Below, piece by piece: positions 15,548 to 20,000 of a DNA stretch of 20,000 nt. Position 1 is the first letter of the stretch, and every line of letters starts with the position of its first letter. Origin of the DNA: an uncultured virus (IMG/VR IMGVR_UViG_3300031555_001734) (lineage: Duplodnaviria > Heunggongvirae > Uroviricota > Caudoviricetes). Made by a program: the position numbers and the translations under genes. The DNA is taken from IMG/VR virus record IMGVR_UViG_3300031555_001734; one strand, 5' to 3'. Under the pieces are notes generated by a model. It saw nothing but the letters and a program-made list of their open reading frames with translations, did no database searches and had not been told where the DNA came from.

Positions 15548-15629
15548 AGGGAGGGGATCTCAATGCGTAAGATTATTTAGCGTCACACAGTAAGCCATAA
15601 ACTCTCAATCACTCAAGGAGGAAAAACAA

Positions 15630-15968
15630 ATGAACTTCGACATTAACGCAATCGCCCCTGTTCTGCTGAACTACGCATCCATTCTGCTGGGTGTCATGTT
15701 CCTTTTGGTCTTCACCGTCAACGTCATCGTTGAGGTTGTCAAGCGCCTGGTTCCTGTGGTCCCCACCGATCTGGTGGTGTTCATCGTATCCATTGCGGTA
15801 ACGATGCTGGCCTTGTGGATCTGCGCTTCCGTCCTTCAGATTACTATCATGTGGTACTACGCCGTCGGCGCATTGGTATTGGGTATTTTTGTTGCCTATG
15901 CTGCCATGTTCGGCTTCGACAAATTCAAAGAGCTGTATGACCGGCTCAAGACTGTCGCTGATAAATAA
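15630..15968 (+). CDS. Holin-like membrane protein
   Basis: 112 aa, three hydrophobic segments, charged C-terminus, strong SD AAGGAGG, last gene of the late operon. Confidence 0.65.
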   Translation: MNFDINAIAPVLLNYASILLGVMFLLVFTVNVIVEVVKRLVPVVPTDLVVFIVSIAVTMLALWICASVLQITIMWYYAVGALVLGIFVAYAAMFGFDKFKELYDRLKTVADK

Positions 15969-15975
15969 ATAACTT

Positions 15976-16024
15976 ACGCCCCCATCGAGTCGCCTTCTGC
16001 GTGGCTCGGTGGGGGCGTTTTTTT
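15976..16024 (+). terminator. Rho-independent terminator ending the late/lysis operon
   Basis: ACGCCCCCATCGAGTC...GGCTCGGTGGGGGCGT stem followed by a T run; lies between convergent genes. Confidence 0.8.
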
Positions 16025-16037
16025 GTTTTATATCGGT

Positions 16038-16214
16038 TTACTCATTGAAGTCTTGCAATCCCGGTTGTAACCGATCAGGGGAGGCGGCAGAGGCAACGAC
16101 AGTAAAACCTTTCTTTTCAAGTTCGTCGCTGAACTCCTCAAAACTCATGTGACCGGCCGCTTTCATCGCCTTGCTGACTTCCTTGAGTTCTTCCTCTGTC
16201 CAATCTCTGCTCAT
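16038..16214 (-). CDS. Small hypothetical protein
   Basis: MSRDWTEEELKEVSKAMKAAGHMSFEEF...; ATG overlaps the upstream TGA (ATGA coupling). Confidence 0.55.
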   Translation of the reverse strand: MSRDWTEEELKEVSKAMKAAGHMSFEEFSDELEKKGFTVVASAASPDRLQPGLQDFNE

Positions 16215-16714
16215 ATGGGCAAGAACTCCTCTCGGGTAAGAACACCGACACACTCGTATCCGACCCAGTGAAGCGGGGGATCCAACTGCTTCCATTTTGC
16301 TTCGTCATAGCAGAAGGAGCAGTTCAGATCTCCGGATGCCTTATTGGGTACGGTTTCTCTGAATAGTGCTGTGGCTTCGTCCCAACTGGATGCTACCACC
16401 TCAAGCCATGCGTTCTGATACGGTAATTCAGGATCGTCGTTGAAAGTGAAGTAGTACCGGTTCATGAGGTCATAACGCTCGGGGTTAATTGCTACATCCC
16501 ATGCGACGGGAGGAATGTTGGAGCTGCTCATCGCCCGAAGCGCCTCGTCCATTCCGCACATGTCGCAGATATGGATACCGTAACACCGACTCAGTGCATT
16601 TCGAGTTACCGGGACTGTCATGTTGTTACGGCCGCAGCGAGGACACGGGTAGATGCCCTCAGCCTGCTTTGCGGCAAGCCTGGTGATAAAGGATTCTGCC
16701 TTTTGCTTATCCAT
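16211..16714 (-). CDS. Hypothetical protein with N-terminal Cys4 zinc finger
   Basis: CPRCG...NALSR...ICDMCG; SD AAGGAGG. Confidence 0.7.
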   Translation of the reverse strand: MDKQKAESFITRLAAKQAEGIYPCPRCGRNNMTVPVTRNALSRCYGIHICDMCGMDEALRAMSSSNIPPVAWDVAINPERYDLMNRYYFTFNDDPELPYQNAWLEVVASSWDEATALFRETVPNKASGDLNCSFCYDEAKWKQLDPPLHWVGYECVGVLTREEFLPI

Positions 16715-16724
16715 GATGGCCTCC

Positions 16725-17057
16725 TTAGATGTTATAGAAGAAGAACTCTGCCACGATCAGGAATCCGCCGATAAGAGAGAACTCATAGCGGTACGTGGGA
16801 GCTCCGGGGAGTGCGATGCCGGTTTCGCCGATTTCAAGATCGTTTATCACCGCATTGCGAAGAGTGCCGGTCTCCCAGACCTCCGGGGGATAGTACCGAT
16901 CGCCGTGAAATGCACCTTCCCGCTCGAAGCTGTCGAGCATCAGCAGGAAGCTGTATGTTTCATCGGCCACGTCGTACACATGGATCGTGGTGGATCCGCC
17001 CTCGCTTTCGTGGTGAGGACGGTGGATGGTCTGCAGCAGTTTGTAATTGGAATTCAT
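16725..17057 (-). CDS. Hypothetical protein
   Basis: 110 aa, SD AGGAGGT, tightly packed in the minus-strand operon. Confidence 0.65.
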   Translation of the reverse strand: MNSNYKLLQTIHRPHHESEGGSTTIHVYDVADETYSFLLMLDSFEREGAFHGDRYYPPEVWETGTLRNAVINDLEIGETGIALPGAPTYRYEFSLIGGFLIVAEFFFYNI

Positions 17058-17069
17058 AGTGTTACCTCC

Positions 17070-17519
17070 TTAGTTTGTGTGGGATACGGGGTGAGTAGCT
17101 GCATATAAGAGCTTCCTGGCAGGGAAGCCGAAATCCTGATAGCCTTGCTTGATCGTGTTCAGGTAGTTGGGAGAAGGCTTGCTCCATATCTTGCCGGGGG
17201 TCATAACATAGACAATGGCCGGGACGGTACGCAGATCTGGGAGTTTAATCATCATGACCTTCTTGGTGTACAGGGTGGGATAGCCTTCGTACCGATCCAG
17301 ACGGCGCTCGTCCTCGGCTGTGATGGACCAGATGCCGACCGGCACTTCGGATCCCTTTCGGGGTTCGATGTTGGCAACGCCGACTCTCCAGTTGCTCCGG
17401 AAAGTGATGCGGTAATCCTTCAGGACAGTGGAGCCGATCTGATAGGCTCCGGGGCAGCGATCCTTCATCTGCTGGACGTTGAGGTTGCTGCCGTAGGCGA
17501 TGTAAAATTTTCTGCTCAT
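17070..17519 (-). CDS. Gamma-glutamylcyclotransferase (GGCT/AIG2-like) family protein
   Basis: Signature YIAYGSNLN...QM..RCP and LDRYEGYP.LY. Confidence 0.88.
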   Translation of the reverse strand: MSRKFYIAYGSNLNVQQMKDRCPGAYQIGSTVLKDYRITFRSNWRVGVANIEPRKGSEVPVGIWSITAEDERRLDRYEGYPTLYTKKVMMIKLPDLRTVPAIVYVMTPGKIWSKPSPNYLNTIKQGYQDFGFPARKLLYAATHPVSHTN

Positions 17520-17525
17520 TGGAAA

Positions 17526-17756
17526 TCATCCTTTCTTTGGTTCTTCGGTGCCCTCCACAGATACGGTATCCGGGAGGCCTAGGTAGTGGGAGAGGTAAGC
17601 ACCCTCGAAGTCTCGTTTGTGAATGGGAAGTCGGTTCTTCCGGCAACTTATGTTGATGTGCTTACCTCGACTCATGTTGAAGTATCTACACTCCAGGCAC
17701 TTTGCTATGTCGAAGGTTTTGGGATCCTGGATGGGGCAAACGATGTGGTACACCAT
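17526..17756 (-). CDS. Small Cys-containing hypothetical protein
   Basis: 76 aa, SD GGAGG, CP...CLEC...C; fits operon spacing. Confidence 0.55.
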   Translation of the reverse strand: MVYHIVCPIQDPKTFDIAKCLECRYFNMSRGKHINISCRKNRLPIHKRDFEGAYLSHYLGLPDTVSVEGTEEPKKG

Positions 17757-17758
17757 GA

Positions 17759-18031
17759 CTACGCCTCCGCTCCTGCGATTCCATCCTTAAGCTTAAATAC
17801 TGTATAACAGTATTTCCCGTCGTCATCTAGAACTGTTTCGACCTGGGTGATATTAGAAAGAGCAATGCTCATCGGGGAACCGTAAGTGCCGCTCTCGTAT
17901 AATCCGGAGGCTACAGCCTTTTTCCAAAAGCAGCCAACTTCGATGCCGGCATTGGGGCCGGGGCGACCATGGTGCTTCGTAAACTGTGCTTTTATGAAGT
18001 TTTCGCACCACTCAACTTTAACCTGTTTCAT
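17759..18031 (-). CDS. Hypothetical protein
   Basis: ORF 17759-18079; likely start at 18031 (or 18037) after SD AAGGAG; MKQVKVEWCENFIK... Confidence 0.6.
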   Translation of the reverse strand: MKQVKVEWCENFIKAQFTKHHGRPGPNAGIEVGCFWKKAVASGLYESGTYGSPMSIALSNITQVETVLDDDGKYCYTVFKLKDGIAGAEA

Positions 18032-18107
18032 GTACATGTTCTCCTTCTCCCCGTTGAGCCGATAGGACAGCTGATGCAAGTAGTCTTAAGATTGATGCAA
18101 GTTTGTC

Positions 18108-19019
18108 TTAAGCTGCGGTGGAGGTAAAGGCACTGGTCAGGTGCTGACGGCAGGTCTTGAACTCAGGACCTTTCATTCCCAGACGGTTCTTCAGGACACG
18201 GTTCATCAGGTCGGCTTTCTGCTCCTGGGTGTAGTGGGACACATCCTTGAAGAACAGGCGGTCAGCATCAGTCTCGATGGCCCATGCGCTCATAGCCAGG
18301 CAGAACTGAACATAAGCCTTGATCTTGCCAGCATGGGTGGTGCCGTTAAAGAGCCGGAACTCGACGGTGCCCTTAGTCCAGAAAGCGTGGAGGTTGATGC
18401 CGTGGTACCGGGTGGCGTTGTAGTGCTCGTGGCTGATGCCACCGGTGTAATCATCGTTTGCACGGCTGTACCAGATGCGTTCCATGTTTGCTCTGGTCTT
18501 CTCGGCCTGCTTCATGGCCTTCAGCAGAGAGGGGGAGATCTTGTGGCACCAGCGGTCGGCACGACCACCGATCTGAAGGGCTTCGTAGAACAGATCCTGA
18601 CGGCCGGTGGCGAAGTTGATCAGGCGGGTCAGGCTTTCGGGGGTATGCTTTGCACCGTCCACGTGGACGTGGATTCCGCAGGAGCTATTGGCGATGGCAC
18701 CAGCGGAGCGGAGAGCCCGGATGATGTTCTGCAGATCGTCCAGATCTTCGTACTGGAGGATGGGGGTTACGACTTCGCAGGAGTAAGAATCACCGGCCCA
18801 AACCACCCGGCCGTTTTCCTTGCGCTGGGTAGTGATGGAAGCGTCGGACATAGCCTTCCAGGTGCGACCCTTGCGATCGGTTGCACCCCAGGTCTTGTAA
18901 TAGGTACCGATGTAGCGGGCGGTGGTACCGTAGTAGTTGGCAATTACCTTAGCGGCAGCTTCACGAGTCAGGCCGGTCAGCTCGATTTCTACGCCGAAGT
19001 TCTGTTCCTTGATCATCAT
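18108..19019 (-). CDS. Putative amidoligase (Amidoligase_2, COOH-NH2 ligase) family protein
   Basis: Motifs FGVEIE, W...SDASI, EVVTPIL, SCGIHVHV, RYHGIN, TVEFRLF; start ATG 19019 after SD AGGAGG. Confidence 0.88.
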   Translation of the reverse strand: MMIKEQNFGVEIELTGLTREAAAKVIANYYGTTARYIGTYYKTWGATDRKGRTWKAMSDASITTQRKENGRVVWAGDSYSCEVVTPILQYEDLDDLQNIIRALRSAGAIANSSCGIHVHVDGAKHTPESLTRLINFATGRQDLFYEALQIGGRADRWCHKISPSLLKAMKQAEKTRANMERIWYSRANDDYTGGISHEHYNATRYHGINLHAFWTKGTVEFRLFNGTTHAGKIKAYVQFCLAMSAWAIETDADRLFFKDVSHYTQEQKADLMNRVLKNRLGMKGPEFKTCRQHLTSAFTSTAA

Positions 19020-19067
19020 TTTGTTTTCCTCCTGTATGTTGGGTGGTGTGTTTTTCTTTATGGGTAT

Positions 19068-19096
19068 ATAGTACACTAAATTGATGTACTTGTCAA
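19068..19096 (-). promoter_or_regulatory. Sigma-70/A promoter for the amidoligase operon
   Basis: Minus strand TTGACA-17 nt-TACTAT. Confidence 0.75.
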
Positions 19097-19139
19097 TAGT
19101 AAAGGAAAACTTTTTTGCTATATTTTTTCACATAGTAGC

Positions 19140-19168
19140 TTGACAAGAAAATCGAAATGGTGTACTCT
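19140..19168 (+). promoter_or_regulatory. Sigma-70/A promoter for the HTH regulator
   Basis: TTGACA-17 nt-TACTCT upstream of SD AAAGGAGGAGG. Confidence 0.65.
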
Positions 19169-19191
19169 TATCAGGAAAGGAGGAGGTTGCC

Positions 19192-19413
19192 ATGGCAATA
19201 TCCAATAAGGTCAAAGCTGTTCTCGAACTGTCCCTCAAGAAACAGCAAGATCTTGCTGCACACTTCGGCATGACAAAGCAGACTATGAGTAACAAGTTTG
19301 CAAGAGATAGCTGGTCCGGTAAGGATCTGGTGAGCGTAGCTGAGTTCGTAGGAGGTAGGCTTGTCATAGAGCTGCCTGACGGCCAGCGGATCGTCATCAA
19401 AGATGAAGAATAA
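19192..19413 (+). CDS. XRE/Cro-like helix-turn-helix regulator
   Basis: 73 aa, KKQQDLAAHFGMTKQTMSNKF HTH; strong SD. Confidence 0.8.
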   Translation: MAISNKVKAVLELSLKKQQDLAAHFGMTKQTMSNKFARDSWSGKDLVSVAEFVGGRLVIELPDGQRIVIKDEE

Positions 19414-19452
19414 AAAATAGCGCAGAACGGTTTTGCCGCTCTGCGCTATTTA
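19412..19452. terminator. Terminator hairpin between convergent HTH genes (possibly bidirectional)
   Basis: AAATAGCGCAGAACGG-ttttg-CCGCTCTGCGCTATTT with an A run on the left and a short T run on the right. Confidence 0.7.
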
Positions 19453-19462
19453 CGTTGTGACG

Positions 19463-19714
19463 TCACTTATGTACTTTCTGACCTGCGCGGTTGTCCTCGA
19501 TCTTAGGGGTCTTGTTCGGTACCCGGATCAGGATTTCGTCAAGATCACAATCCAAGGCCTCGCAAATGAGGTCGAGGTGTTCCAGGTTCACACGCTCGCA
19601 GAATTCGTGGTACATTTCATTGATCGTCGTAGGGCGGATGCCGGTCTTCCTGGCAAGATCAGCCTGCGTCCATCTCAGCTCGCCAAGCTTTCTGGACAGT
19701 AAAATCTTAATCAT
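19463..19714 (-). CDS. Cro/C1-type (HTH_26-like) transcriptional regulator
   Basis: WTQADLARKTGIRPTTINEMY...LDLICEALDCDLDEIL; SD AAGGAG. Confidence 0.85.
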   Translation of the reverse strand: MIKILLSRKLGELRWTQADLARKTGIRPTTINEMYHEFCERVNLEHLDLICEALDCDLDEILIRVPNKTPKIEDNRAGQKVHK

Positions 19715-19797
19715 ACACAGCCGCTCCTTTTGGTGATAATCTACCGCATTTGCTATGAAATGTGGTTAAATTGTTAGATTATCACGGATTAGGTTAT

Positions 19798-19830
19798 AAA
19801 AAAATCACGGTAGTCCGAAGACTACCGTGA
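19798..19830 (-). terminator. Rho-independent terminator downstream of ssrA
   Basis: TCACGGTAGTC-cgaa-GACTACCGTGA perfect 11-bp stem with an A run on its left (U tail on the minus strand). Confidence 0.75.
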
Positions 19831-19910
19831 GTCGGTGTGCAGTTGGGAGATCAGTACAAACCCGTCTGCGGTAAGGTAAATTATCGCAGGGGGTTCGTAC
19901 AGCTCCCCTA

Positions 19911-20000
19911 TGGTGGAGCCGAGGGGAATCGAACCCCTGTCCGAAAGCAACTTGGAAAGAACTTCTCCGGGTGCAGTTTGTTATTTACATTCCCTCATCC
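19911..20000 (-). ncRNA. ssrA: tmRNA, 3' portion (continues beyond window)
   Basis: Reverse complement reads ...AAACTGCACCCGGAGAAG...TTTCGGACAGGGGTTCGATTCCCCTCGGCTCCACCA: T-arm, Ala-type acceptor strand and CCA, but no anticodon or D arm upstream, as in tmRNA. Confidence 0.85.

Larger units (their letters stand above)
1..19910. mobile_element. Prophage (tail, DGR, lysis and accessory modules), right boundary probably at the ssrA 3' end
   Basis: Continuous siphovirus-like gene order ending at a tmRNA 3' end, a known integration hotspot. Confidence 0.8.

Noticed and set aside
18141..19079. 312-aa plus-strand ORF
   Set aside because: Antisense shadow of the amidoligase gene, which has clear family motifs, an SD and a promoter.
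19911..19990. tRNA-Ala gene
   Set aside because: Only the T-arm and 3' acceptor strand are tRNA-like. No anticodon/D arm or matching 5' acceptor strand lies ~76 nt upstream, which fits tmRNA.

Overview
This window is the right-hand part of a temperate siphovirus-type prophage, probably in a Clostridia-class (Bacillota) host; the host is inferred from gene types and Shine-Dalgarno usage. On the + strand it runs from the end of the tape-measure gene through distal-tail/baseplate genes, an InlB-B-repeat protein and a 1436-aa LamG/CotH-kinase-like/LRR protein. Next comes a complete diversity-generating retroelement (DGR): a target gene with a variable repeat (VR 11033-11131), a GAA-loop hairpin, avd, a template repeat (TR 11787-11885), a structured spacer and a reverse transcriptase. 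VR and TR align without gaps over 99 bp with 12 mismatches, all at TR adenines. After the DGR come small tail-associated genes and a lysis cassette (M15-peptidase endolysin, holin-like genes). An oppositely oriented accessory operon follows (amidoligase, gamma-glutamylcyclotransferase, small ORFs), controlled from a divergent promoter pair beside HTH regulators. The window ends in the 3' end of a tmRNA (ssrA) gene on the - strand, the likely integration site. All family calls come from motif recognition by eye, not database searches.
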